Both the position numbers and the translations under genes were made by a program. DNA of 54,520 nt. It comes from Gemmatimonadota bacterium (lineage in GTDB: Bacteria; Gemmatimonadota; Gemmatimonadetes; JACCXV01; JAHWKZ01). Shown here in pieces: positions 9,208 through 18,202 of the stretch. The stretch's first letter is position 1. Each line of letters begins with the position of its first letter. The notes under the pieces were generated by a model. It was not told the origin of the DNA, ran no database searches, and saw only the letters and a list, made by a program, of their open reading frames with translations. The stretch lies in assembly GCA_035524915.1 (NCBI GenBank), contig DATLFF010000087.1:1-54520 (forward strand), given 5' to 3'.

Positions 9208-10365
9208 TCACGGCAGGACCGCCGGGTACTTGAGGCCGTGACCCGTCACGAACCCCACCACCCGGTCATCCGGCCCGATCGCGCCGGAGCCGAGCAGCGC
9301 CGGCAGCGCGGCCACCACGGCGCCGGCTTCCGGGCTGGCCAGGATCCCCTCCTCGCGGGCCAGCCGGCGGGCCCCCTCCAGGAGCGCCTCGTCCTCGACC
9401 GCGACCGCGGTCCCGCCCGAGGCGCGGAGGATCGAGAGGATCAGAAAGTCGCCGATCGCCCCGGGGACCCTCAGGCCGCTGGCGACGGTGCGGGGGTCGA
9501 CCACCGGCTCGGCGCGCTCGGCGCCGGACTCGAAGGCGCGGACGATCGGGGCGCAGCCCGCCGCCTGGACCGAGATCATCCGCGGGCGCGCCGGGCCGAT
9601 CCAGCCGAGGGCCTCCAGCTCGTCGAACGCCTTCCACATACCGATCAGGCCGGTGCCGCCGCCGGTCGGGTAGACGATCGCGTCGGGGAGCTCCCAGTCG
9701 AGGTCCTCGGCCAGCTCCAGCCCCATCGTCTTCTTCCCCTCGAGCCGGTAGGGCTCCTTGAGCGTGGAAATGTCGAACCACCCCTCCTTCCACGCGCGCC
9801 CCCGGACCCACGCGCCCGCGTCGGCGATCGAGCCGTCCACCAGCTCCACCGCCGCCCCGTACGCCTGGCACTCCGCCACGATCGGCGCGGGCGTGCCGCG
9901 CGGCATGGCCACGGTGCACGGGAGCCCCGCCGCCGCCGCGTACGCCGCGGTCGCGCTGCCGGCGTTGCCGGCGCTCGGCAGCGCCAGATGGCGGGCGCCC
10001 AGGGCCTTCGCCCGGTGGACCGCCACCGCCAGCCCGCGGGCCTTGAAGGAGAGCGTCGGGTTGACGGTCTCGTCCTTCAGGAGGAGCCGGCCGAGCCCGA
10101 GCGAGGGGCCCACCCGGCGTGAAGCGTGGAGCGGCGTGCCGCCTTCGCCGAGCGAGAGGGGCGTCTCGCCGGGAGCGATCGGAAGGAGCTCGCGCCAGCG
10201 CCACAGGTCCCGCCGCCGCCTGGCCAGGTCTTCCGGGCGCCATTTCCGGGCCAGGGCCTCGAGGTCGTAGCGCGCCAGGAGCGGCCCGCCGCAGTCGCAG
10301 AGGTTGGCCAGCCGGTCCGCGGGCCGGACGGACCCGCACCGGGCGCACTCGAGCCGCTCGATCAT
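9208..10365 (-). CDS. thrC: threonine synthase
   Basis: ORF 9208..10365. N-terminal Cys-rich zinc-ribbon-like segment (CARCGS...CDCGG), PLP-lysine motif NPTLSFKARG, and glycine loop YPTGGGTGLIG. Confidence 0.85.
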   Translation of the reverse strand: MIERLECARCGSVRPADRLANLCDCGGPLLARYDLEALARKWRPEDLARRRRDLWRWRELLPIAPGETPLSLGEGGTPLHASRRVGPSLGLGRLLLKDETVNPTLSFKARGLAVAVHRAKALGARHLALPSAGNAGSATAAYAAAAGLPCTVAMPRGTPAPIVAECQAYGAAVELVDGSIADAGAWVRGRAWKEGWFDISTLKEPYRLEGKKTMGLELAEDLDWELPDAIVYPTGGGTGLIGMWKAFDELEALGWIGPARPRMISVQAAGCAPIVRAFESGAERAEPVVDPRTVASGLRVPGAIGDFLILSILRASGGTAVAVEDEALLEGARRLAREEGILASPEAGAVVAALPALLGSGAIGPDDRVVGFVTGHGLKYPAVLP

Positions 10366-10372
10366 CTCACAA

Positions 10373-10858
10373 CTATATTTGTAGCGTCCGGGGCACGATC
10401 GTGGCCACCGCGAGGGCGGCCATCCCCTCCTCGCGCCCCACGAACCCCATCCGCTCGGCGGTCGTGGCCTTGACGCTCACCGCGGCTTCGGCCAGCCGCA
10501 GGGCGGCCGCGATCGTCTTCCGCATGGCCGGCACGTGGAGGGCGATCCGCGGGGCCTCGGCCACCACCGTGGCGTCGACGTTCGCGATGTCGAAACCGGC
10601 CGAGGCCAACCGGCCGACCACCTGTCGCAGGAGATCCATGCTGTCGGCGTCCTTCCAGGTGGGGTCGTCCGGGGGAAAGTGGTGGCCGATGTCCCCCAGC
10701 GCGGCGGCGCCCAGGAGCGCGTCGGCGATCGCGTGGAGCAGCACGTCGGCGTCGGAGTGGCCTTCCAGCCCGCGGGCGTGCGGGATCTCCACGCCGCCCA
10801 GGACCAGCCGGCGCCCCTCGGCGAAGCGGTGGACGTCGAAGCCGATCCCGGTCCTCAC
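10373..10858 (-). CDS. ispF: 2-C-methyl-D-erythritol 2,4-cyclodiphosphate synthase
   Basis: RTGIGFDVHRF, GHSDADVLLHAI and GDIGHHFPP motifs. GTG 10858 overlaps the ispD stop as GTGA. The upstream part of track ORF 10373..11440 is an alternate-frame artefact. Confidence 0.93.
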   Translation of the reverse strand: MRTGIGFDVHRFAEGRRLVLGGVEIPHARGLEGHSDADVLLHAIADALLGAAALGDIGHHFPPDDPTWKDADSMDLLRQVVGRLASAGFDIANVDATVVAEAPRIALHVPAMRKTIAAALRLAEAAVSVKATTAERMGFVGREEGMAALAVATIVPRTLQI

Positions 10859-11541
10859 CGCCACCTCAGCGCCCCCGCCGCCACCAGGTCTTCCGCCCAC
10901 ACCCAGTCCTCCGGGTCGGTGATCTTCCGGTTCAGGGCCTCGCCGGCGATCCACTCCACGGGGATCCCGTGCCGCTCGCAGAGCGCGGCGCAATCGGTGG
11001 CGTCCGCGGGGTCGGCGTCGTGGGCCTCCAGCAGCGCGGCGCGGGGAAAGCCCTGCGGCGTCTGCGCCGCGACGAACCGCTCGCGGTCCACCGTCCCGAC
11101 GATCCGCGGGCCGTCGACCTCCTTGAGCGTGTCCCGCACCGGCAGCGCCGGCACCACCGCGCGACCGGCCGCCGCCCGGCGGGCCACCCGCTCGACCAGC
11201 GCCTTGGACGCGAACGGCCGGGCTGCGTCGTGCACCAGGACCGTGCCCGCGCTCTCCACCGCCTCGAGACCCGCCCGAACCGAATCGCGGCGCCGCACGC
11301 CGCCCGCCACCAGCCGCAGCCGTTCCCCGGCAACCGGCAGGACCGTCCGCAGCGCCGCCTCTCCCTCGTTCATCGCTCCCGGCGGCAGGACCACCACCAC
11401 CGGTCCGGCGAGCGCATCCAGCAGGGCTCGCGTCCCCCATCCCATCAGCGGCACGCCGCCCAGGAGCCGGAACTGCTTCGGCTCGCCGCCCATGCGGACG
11501 CTCCCGCCGGCCGCCACCAGGACCCCCGCTGCCGGGATCAG
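10855..11541 (-). CDS. ispD: 2-C-methyl-D-erythritol 4-phosphate cytidylyltransferase
   Basis: Motifs VAAGGSVRMGGEPKQF, VHDAARPF and QTPQGF. The track start GTG 11517 falls inside the conserved glycine-rich loop. In-frame CTG 11541 overlaps the upstream stop as CTGA and restores MIPAAGVLVAAGGSVRMG. The start is therefore inferred; 11517 is the conservative alternative. Confidence 0.82.
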   Translation of the reverse strand: MIPAAGVLVAAGGSVRMGGEPKQFRLLGGVPLMGWGTRALLDALAGPVVVVLPPGAMNEGEAALRTVLPVAGERLRLVAGGVRRRDSVRAGLEAVESAGTVLVHDAARPFASKALVERVARRAAAGRAVVPALPVRDTLKEVDGPRIVGTVDRERFVAAQTPQGFPRAALLEAHDADPADATDCAALCERHGIPVEWIAGEALNRKITDPEDWVWAEDLVAAGALRWR

Positions 11542-12581
11542 CTGTACGCCATTCCCTCGGGCTCCTCCACCGAGCCCGTCTCTGCGCCCGGGACCCCGTT
11601 GGCCTTCTTGGCGAAGATCAGCGTGCCGGCGCGAGTCTGGTGGATGCCGGTCACGGCCACCCGCATGGTCCGGCCGATCTCGGAGCGGGCGTCCTCGACC
11701 ACTACCATGTTCCCGTTGTCCAGGTACCCGACCGCCTGGTCCTTCTCCTTGCCCTGCTTCACCAGCCGCACCACCAGCTCGTCGCCGGAGAGGATCTCGG
11801 GCTCGAGCATCTCGGCGATCTCGTTGAGGTCCACCACGGGGATGCCCCGGCGGCCGGCCTCTTTGATCATGTCGGGGTTGTGGGTGACGACCCGCGCGTC
11901 ATGCTGGACCGCGTAGTCGAGCACGCCCTCGATCTCGCCGTGGAGCAGGTCGATCTCCCGGATGTAGACCGCCCGCGCGCGGTTCTGCTGCAGGCGCCGC
12001 AGGCTGTCCAGCCCGCGCTCGCCGCGGAAGCGGTCGATCGCGATGTGGCTGGCCGCCAGCTGGTTCAGCTGGTCCACCACGAAGCGGGGGACGACGATCT
12101 CTCCCGTCAGCAGCGGGCTCTCGGCCAGCTTGACGATGCGGCCGTCGATGAGGGACTTCTCGCCTACCAGGTACCGCGCCCTGGCGCCACCTTCCGTCTC
12201 GGGTTGCCGGAACAGGGCCAGATCATGGACGATCGCCCGGCCGGTGATCGCGCCGAGGTAGCCCAGCGTCACGAACAGCAGCACGATCCCGAACCCGGCC
12301 AGCCAGGTGCCGCTGGACAGGAACGCGGCGGCCAGCGGGAAGGTGCCCGCGATCCACAGGATCAGCGTGGCCAGCACGAGCCCCATGATCAGGCCCACGC
12401 CCGCCGTTGCCACCTGCCGGGGGTCGCCCTGTCGGATGCGGCCCTCGAGCAGCAGCAGTACGAGGATCGTCAGCGCCCCGCCTCCGACCACGGCGTAGGT
12501 CACCCAGTGTGGCTCGTACACCACGGCCAGGGCGCCTACCCAGATGATCACGAGCCCCAGGACGATGCGCAGATAGCTCAT
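11538..12581 (-). CDS. PIN/TRAM domain-containing membrane protein (YacL-like)
   Basis: ATG 12581 is preceded by GAGGAGG. Four N-terminal TM segments, then a PIN domain and a C-terminal TRAM-like segment (VVRLVKQGKEKDQAVGYLDNGNMVVVEDA). Lies upstream of ispD-ispF, as yacL does in Firmicutes. Confidence 0.85.
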   Translation of the reverse strand: MSYLRIVLGLVIIWVGALAVVYEPHWVTYAVVGGGALTILVLLLLEGRIRQGDPRQVATAGVGLIMGLVLATLILWIAGTFPLAAAFLSSGTWLAGFGIVLLFVTLGYLGAITGRAIVHDLALFRQPETEGGARARYLVGEKSLIDGRIVKLAESPLLTGEIVVPRFVVDQLNQLAASHIAIDRFRGERGLDSLRRLQQNRARAVYIREIDLLHGEIEGVLDYAVQHDARVVTHNPDMIKEAGRRGIPVVDLNEIAEMLEPEILSGDELVVRLVKQGKEKDQAVGYLDNGNMVVVEDARSEIGRTMRVAVTGIHQTRAGTLIFAKKANGVPGAETGSVEEPEGMAYS

Positions 12582-12683
12582 GGTCCTCCTCACGATTGGG
12601 AAATGCGCCGCCGATATGATGTATGATGGACGGCGCGACGGCCCGGCCGAGCCGGGCACTCGCGGCAATGCCGCGCGGCACGC

Positions 12684-14081
12684 TCACCCCGCGTCTTCCA
12701 GGGCGAGCGCGACGGCGCCGGCGACCGTGTCGACTTCGTCGACCCGGAGCCCGGCGCCGTTCCCCGCATCGTGGGCCGGCCGGTCGTCCCCGCCGCGGTC
12801 GGATCCCGCGGCTACGACCGCCCGGGTGAACCCGAGCCGCGCGGCCTCCCTCAGCCGCGCCCCGGCCAGGCGCACCGGCCGGACCTCTCCCGTGAGCCCC
12901 ACCTCTCCGAACACCACCGTGCCGGCCTTGAGCGGCCGGTCGGCCCGGCTCGAGGCCAGCGCCACCACGACCCCAAGGTCCGCCGCCGGCTCGGTGAGGG
13001 ACAGCCCCCCGACCACGTTCAGGAACACGTCGCTCGATCCGAGCCGGAGGCCGGCCCGCCGGTCGAGCACGGCCAGGAGCAGGGCCAGCCGCCGGCCGTC
13101 GAACCCGCCGGACACCCGCTGGGGCGTGCCGTACGGGCTCTCCGCGACCAGCGCCTGGATCTCGATCAGCAGCGGCCGCGTGCCCTCCAGGCTCGCCACG
13201 TGGGCGGAGCCCGCCACCGGCCGGTCCCGCCGCGTCCGGTCGAGGAAGAACGCCGACGGGTTCTCCACCGCCTCCATCCCCCGCTCCCCCATGGTGAAAA
13301 CGGCGATCTCGTGCGTCGAGCCGAAGCGGTTCTTGCGCGCGCGGAGCACCCGGTAGTCGTGATGCGGATCCCCCTCGAACTGGAGCACGGCGTCCACCGC
13401 GTGCTCCAGCGTCTTGGGGCCGGCGAGCCCGCCCCCCTTGGTGACGTGCCCCACGAGGAACGCGGCCGCGCCGCGCGCCTTACACCAGCGCTGGAACTCC
13501 GCCGCTGCCGCGCGCACCTGCGATACCGAGCCGGGTGCCGAGGAGAGCGCCGGATCGTACGCCGTCTGGATCGAGTCCAGGATCACGATGTCGGGCTCCA
13601 CCCGCTCGCACGCGCCGATCAGGGCGTCGAGCGCCGTGCCGGCCGCCACCAGCACTCCTTCGCTGGCCACGCCGAGCCGCTCGGCGCGGAGCTTGATCTG
13701 GGCCGGCGACTCCTCGCCCGCCAGGATCAGCACCCGGCTCCCCCGGGCCGCCAGTGCGCCAGCCATCTGGAGGAGCAGAGTGGACTTGCCGATCCCGGGC
13801 TCGCCGCCCACCAGGTAGAGTCCGCCCGGCACTATGCCACCCCCCAGGAGGCGGTCCAGCTCGGGTGTGCCCGTGGGGACGCGGGCGGCGTCGGCCGCCG
13901 ACACGTCGGACAGCGGCGCCACCGGAGCCGCGGCCGCCGACCGCGCCGGAGCGCCGCGCTCGACCACCTCCTCCACCATCGAGTTCCACTCGCCGCACTC
14001 GGGGCATCGGCCCGCCCACTTGGGCGTGGCCGCGCCGCACGAGGCGCAGACGAAGCGGGTGCGGGAGCGGCGGGCGGTCAT
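12684..14081 (-). CDS. radA: DNA repair protein RadA/Sms
   Basis: N-terminal zinc finger FVCASCGAATPKWAGRCPECGEWNS, Walker A GGEPGIGKSTLLLQ, KNRFG motif and a Lon-like C-terminus. ATG 14081 overlaps the dnaB stop as ATGA. Confidence 0.93.
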   Translation of the reverse strand: MTARRSRTRFVCASCGAATPKWAGRCPECGEWNSMVEEVVERGAPARSAAAAPVAPLSDVSAADAARVPTGTPELDRLLGGGIVPGGLYLVGGEPGIGKSTLLLQMAGALAARGSRVLILAGEESPAQIKLRAERLGVASEGVLVAAGTALDALIGACERVEPDIVILDSIQTAYDPALSSAPGSVSQVRAAAAEFQRWCKARGAAAFLVGHVTKGGGLAGPKTLEHAVDAVLQFEGDPHHDYRVLRARKNRFGSTHEIAVFTMGERGMEAVENPSAFFLDRTRRDRPVAGSAHVASLEGTRPLLIEIQALVAESPYGTPQRVSGGFDGRRLALLLAVLDRRAGLRLGSSDVFLNVVGGLSLTEPAADLGVVVALASSRADRPLKAGTVVFGEVGLTGEVRPVRLAGARLREAARLGFTRAVVAAGSDRGGDDRPAHDAGNGAGLRVDEVDTVAGAVALALEDAG

Positions 14082-17000
14082 GGCCGGTGGTGGGGGTCCA
14101 GGCTGGCGAAGCGCATGAACTGATTCATGAACGAGAGCCGGATCGTGTCGGTCGGGCCGTTGCGGTTCTTGCCGATGATCACCTCCATCGGAGGCTCCTC
14201 GGTCGCCTGCCCGTACTCCTCGTCGCGCGGCTTCTCGCGGTAGAGGAACAGCACCAGGTCCGCGTCCTGCTCTATGGCGCCCGAATTGTGGCTGACGATC
14301 CCGTCCGCGAGCCAGTTCGCCGGCCCCGGCACGGTCAGGTCGAAGACCTCTTCCTCCCCCGCCGACATGATCTCGACCACGCGATCCCAGAACAGGTCGC
14401 TGGTCGCCTGGTCGCGCAGGACGTCGTCGTCCAGGATCTCGGCATACTCGCCCAGCATCGCCCTTGATGGAGCGTACCGGAGGTGGGCGTTCACCCCATA
14501 CGAGACTCCGCGCGCGGCCGCCATCGTGCGCTGGGAGAGGCCCCTGGTCCGCATGACCCGCTTGATTCGTCCAACGAACTCGCGCGGCAGAGTATCCACG
14601 TTCGTATTCGAGGGGGTCAGCACGAGAATCTCCCGAAGATCTTCGGCGGGCCGGGACCGCGCTCCGAAGGCACCTACGCGAGTCAGAAAGCGGAGTTGCG
14701 GCTCGGCCCCCGAGACCGCGACCGTGAAGACCGGCCGCCCGATCGGTTGCTCCACTCTGCGGATCCGGGCGACGATCCCCAGACGGAGCAGCAAGGCGGC
14801 CACGTCGTCCGCGAGCCCTGCGCTCGCGGTGGCGAAGAAGACCGAGTGGCTGCCCCTCCCGCGGCGACGAAGGAAGATCGCCCCATCGGTGGCCCACAGA
14901 TGGCGCAACAGAAGCGCCACTTGATGATCCGAGAGCATGAAGGCCGAGCGCGGGATGCGCTTCTCGTGCGACCGCTGGCCGAAGATCCCCAACTCCCGTA
15001 GCCACGCGTTGACCCCGGCCGGATGCCAGCGATTCCCGTTCCCGCTGATCAGCAGCTGATGCCATGCACCTCGCCCCCGGTACCGCCGGACCACGGCGCC
15101 GAATTCATCACGGGCCGCTTGCGCAACCAGCTCGCTGTTCTCTTCGGAACCCGTCGTATACCGCATCGGCTGACCTCGGAGGTAGCTCCCGTCCCCGATC
15201 ATTTGTCCTAGAAGGGCGACCCGCGCATCCGGCCATTCCCCGGGCGCCGCGGGTTCGGGAATGGAGCGTGCAAGCGCGATACGCGTGTCGACGCCGATGT
15301 CCTCCACGCGTTGCCAGCCCGAGCCCGTGAGCAGGCGATGCCGTTCGGTGGCGCGGATGCGGCGGCCGCTGGCCAGGCGCATATCGAAGACCGAGCGGAT
15401 GCCAACACGCCAGACTTTGTCAGCACGTGCACGAACCACTCGGCTTCGCTCGTCGATCGCGAGGACATCGGGAGCCGTCCCGACCAGCTCGCGGATGGGC
15501 GTTCGGGAGCCGTCGGCGAGGAGCACGATCGTGTCCCCGGTCACACATTCCCTCAGGTCCGACAGGCGCGGCCGCTGGTCCGTCCGCTGCTCGGGCGCGC
15601 GGGAGAGCTGGGAGAGGGCGAGCACGGGCACGTTCAGCTCCTTGGCGAGCGCCTTGAGCGAGCGGCTGATCTCGGTGATCTCCTGCTGGCGGCTCTCCTG
15701 CCGACCGCCGACCTCCATCAGCTGGAGGTAGTCGACGATGATCATGCCGATGTCGCGCTGCTGCTTGAGCCGCCGCGCCTTGGCGCGCATCTCCATCGGA
15801 GTGAGGATGCCGGTGTCGTCGATGTAGATGGCGGCCCGGCGGAGCCGGTCGCAGGCGTCGGCCACCCGCTTCCACTCCTGGCTGGTGGCGTGTCCGGTCC
15901 GCAAATCCTTCAGCGACACCAGCGCCTCGCTGGCGATCAGCCGCTGCACCAACTGCTCGGTGGACATCTCCAGGCTGAAGATCGCCACCGGCAGGTCGCT
16001 CTGGATGGCCGCGTTGGCGGCGATGTTCATCGCGAGGGACGTGTTGTGCACGCAGACGTCGTTCGCCACGAAGTTGTGCGTCCCGGGCACCGTCAAGTCG
16101 TACACCTGCTTGCAACCCGCCGCCTCGATCGAGACGATCTCGTCCCACCAGACGTCGCTCTCGGCAACCGCCTTCAGGCCCTCCTCCTCCAGGACCGTAG
16201 CGATCCGGGCCAGCCGTTCCCGCGAGACGGGGCCGCGGTGCGCGTGGAGGTTGTTGTTCGACGGCTCGAGGCCCATCTCCCGCCTCAGCCATCCCCATGA
16301 CCTCCCGCCGAGCGCCCGCTCCACCCGGCGCCAGATCTCGACCGGGATCCGATCCAGATTCGGACGCCGGCGGTGCGTCCGGTCGGTCGCCGCCCGCTCG
16401 AGCGCCTCCTCCTTGCCGAAGATGCCGATCCGCTCCACGAAGCGGTCGATCGACGGCCGATCGGTAATGTCGATCTGCCACGACTCGCGGCGCTCCCCCG
16501 CGTACTTCACCGCGCGGCGGCGCAGCGAGCCCACCACGCCAAACCGCAGGAGCAGATGCTGGACCTGCCGGGCGAGCCGCTCGCTGGAGGAAGCGAATCC
16601 GATCGACCGCCCTCCGGAAGCGGAGGCGGTGGCCCAGCCATCAGTGGCGAACAGCCGGTTCAGGAAGAGCGCCAGCTGACGCTCCGGCAGTTCGAACACG
16701 GGCGGCGGCACGAACTTCTGCCGCGCCCCCTTGCCCATCAGGCCCAGGCCGTCGAGCCATAGGGTGAGCGGGTTCCGGCCGTTCCGCCGGATCGTCGCCA
16801 ACCCCTCGGGAACCAGCGATCCCGGCGGCTCACCGAGGACCCCCTCCAGTCGCTCGAGGCGGTCGGCGGACGGGGCGGAGGCTCCCGACGTCCAGTACGA
16901 CACGGCCGCTGGCGAGACCCCGACCGCGGCGGCGAGCGACCGGGCGGGCCGCCCGCTGGCGCCGATCGCGCGTCGCAGCCGGGCGCCGAACCGACGACGT

Positions 17001-18202
17001 CCGTCGACCAGGGTCTCCTCGTCCCCAACCACCCGCAGCGTCGCCGTACGATCCCCGTTCGACTCGGGTAGGGCCACGACGCCGCCGAACGCGGCGACCG
17101 CGTCGGCGAACTCCAACCGGAGAGTGGGGTCACGGTTGGTGAACCGGGGAACGCTCCCGGTCAGCCCGCCGTCGCCGATCAGATACGCGAGCAGGCGGAT
17201 CTCGCAGCTCCGCATCCGGCGCGTGCCGAAGAAGGGCATCCGGCGAGGCACCGCCACCCGGGTCCCGGGGGCGATCTCGGCGAGCGGCTGCCATCCCTCG
17301 ATCGTGAGGAACGGATGGCTGGCCGTGGTCTCCACCGTCCGTCCGAGGCGCGTCGTGACCCGGAACACCGGCTTGATCCCGTCGTCCACGAAGTCGCTCG
17401 GTGCCGCCAGGCCCAAGCGCATATCCTCCCCGAGGGTCGGGATCCTTCCGCTCTGCTCCGCGCAGATCTCCTCGATCGTCCGTACCGAGCCGTCCTCCAG
17501 GAGGATCTCCGAATCGGCGGTCAGGCATTTCCCCACTGACGGCCGAGCCGCGATGATCACCAGGTCCGACAGCTGGAACCCCGCCGTGATGTCGTCCAGG
17601 TCGGAGTAGCCGCTCGCGACGCCGGTGATCGCCTCCTTCCGGGCCGCCAGGGACTCCAGCTGCACCACCGCCCGCTGCAGCAGCTCGTTGATCGGAGTGA
17701 ACGCCTTCTTGAAGCGGTGCTCGGAGAGCCGGAAGATCCGCTCCTCGGCCTCGTTCAGCAGCCGGTCGGCATCCTCCCCGGAGTCGTAGGCGTGGCCGAC
17801 GATCTCTGTGCCGGTCCGGATCAGCCGCCGTTTGACCGCCCCGTCGAGGACGATCTTCGCGTGGTACATGACGTTCGCGGCGGTGGGGACGATCTCGATG
17901 ATGCGCGCGATGTACTCCGCCCCCCCGGCCGAGTCGAGCGAGTCGGCGCGGCGCAGCTCCTCGCGAACCGTCATCGCGTCCGGCGCGTGCCCCTGGTCGC
18001 GCAGGGACACGATGGCGGAGTAGATCAGCCGGTGGGCCGGGTGGTAGAAGTCGTCCTCGTGGAGGACCTCCATCGCCCGGTCCACCGCGGACTCGTCGAG
18101 CATCATGGCGCCCAGGACGGAGATCTCCGACTCGTCGGAGTGGGGCGGAACGCGGTCCGCCGAGATCCGCTCCTCGAGCGCGCGGACGGCCCCGTCAGCC
18201 AT
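14078..18202 (-). CDS. dnaB: replicative DNA helicase DnaB precursor containing two inteins
   Basis: 1374-aa ORF. Extein pieces of 225+165+68 aa join into a 458-aa DnaB: ...IIAARPSVGK | TSLAMNIAANAA...RLSDLRE | SGAIEQDADLVLFLYRE. The Walker A motif and the RESGxIEQDAD motif are both split by intein-like inserts. Confidence 0.93.
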   Translation of the reverse strand: MADGAVRALEERISADRVPPHSDESEISVLGAMMLDESAVDRAMEVLHEDDFYHPAHRLIYSAIVSLRDQGHAPDAMTVREELRRADSLDSAGGAEYIARIIEIVPTAANVMYHAKIVLDGAVKRRLIRTGTEIVGHAYDSGEDADRLLNEAEERIFRLSEHRFKKAFTPINELLQRAVVQLESLAARKEAITGVASGYSDLDDITAGFQLSDLVIIAARPSVGKCLTADSEILLEDGSVRTIEEICAEQSGRIPTLGEDMRLGLAAPSDFVDDGIKPVFRVTTRLGRTVETTASHPFLTIEGWQPLAEIAPGTRVAVPRRMPFFGTRRMRSCEIRLLAYLIGDGGLTGSVPRFTNRDPTLRLEFADAVAAFGGVVALPESNGDRTATLRVVGDEETLVDGRRRFGARLRRAIGASGRPARSLAAAVGVSPAAVSYWTSGASAPSADRLERLEGVLGEPPGSLVPEGLATIRRNGRNPLTLWLDGLGLMGKGARQKFVPPPVFELPERQLALFLNRLFATDGWATASASGGRSIGFASSSERLARQVQHLLLRFGVVGSLRRRAVKYAGERRESWQIDITDRPSIDRFVERIGIFGKEEALERAATDRTHRRRPNLDRIPVEIWRRVERALGGRSWGWLRREMGLEPSNNNLHAHRGPVSRERLARIATVLEEEGLKAVAESDVWWDEIVSIEAAGCKQVYDLTVPGTHNFVANDVCVHNTSLAMNIAANAAIQSDLPVAIFSLEMSTEQLVQRLIASEALVSLKDLRTGHATSQEWKRVADACDRLRRAAIYIDDTGILTPMEMRAKARRLKQQRDIGMIIVDYLQLMEVGGRQESRQQEITEISRSLKALAKELNVPVLALSQLSRAPEQRTDQRPRLSDLRECVTGDTIVLLADGSRTPIRELVGTAPDVLAIDERSRVVRARADKVWRVGIRSVFDMRLASGRRIRATERHRLLTGSGWQRVEDIGVDTRIALARSIPEPAAPGEWPDARVALLGQMIGDGSYLRGQPMRYTTGSEENSELVAQAARDEFGAVVRRYRGRGAWHQLLISGNGNRWHPAGVNAWLRELGIFGQRSHEKRIPRSAFMLSDHQVALLLRHLWATDGAIFLRRRGRGSHSVFFATASAGLADDVAALLLRLGIVARIRRVEQPIGRPVFTVAVSGAEPQLRFLTRVGAFGARSRPAEDLREILVLTPSNTNVDTLPREFVGRIKRVMRTRGLSQRTMAAARGVSYGVNAHLRYAPSRAMLGEYAEILDDDVLRDQATSDLFWDRVVEIMSAGEEEVFDLTVPGPANWLADGIVSHNSGAIEQDADLVLFLYREKPRDEEYGQATEEPPMEVIIGKNRNGPTDTIRLSFMNQFMRFASLDPHHRP
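14285..15547 (-). mobile_element. DnaB intein 2 (421 aa, LAGLIDADG type) inserted in the RE|SGAIEQDAD motif
   Basis: Starts CVTGDTIVLLADG. Block B is RATERHRLLT, the LAGLIDADG motifs are LLGQMIGDGS and LLRHLWATDGA, block F is VFDLTVPGPANWLA, and it ends GIVSHN followed by +1 Ser. Junction codons verified (TGT 15547-15545, AAT 14287-14285). Confidence 0.88.
16043..17527 (-). mobile_element. DnaB intein 1 (495 aa, LAGLIDADG type) inserted in the Walker A P-loop (GK|T)
   Basis: Starts CLTADSEILLEDG (block A). Block B is TTASHPFLT, the LAGLIDADG motifs are LLAYLIGDGG and LNRLFATDGWA, block F is VYDLTVPGTHNFVA, and it ends VCVHN followed by +1 Thr. I verified both junction codons on the nucleotide sequence (TGC 17527-17525, AAC 16045-16043). 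Confidence 0.88.
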
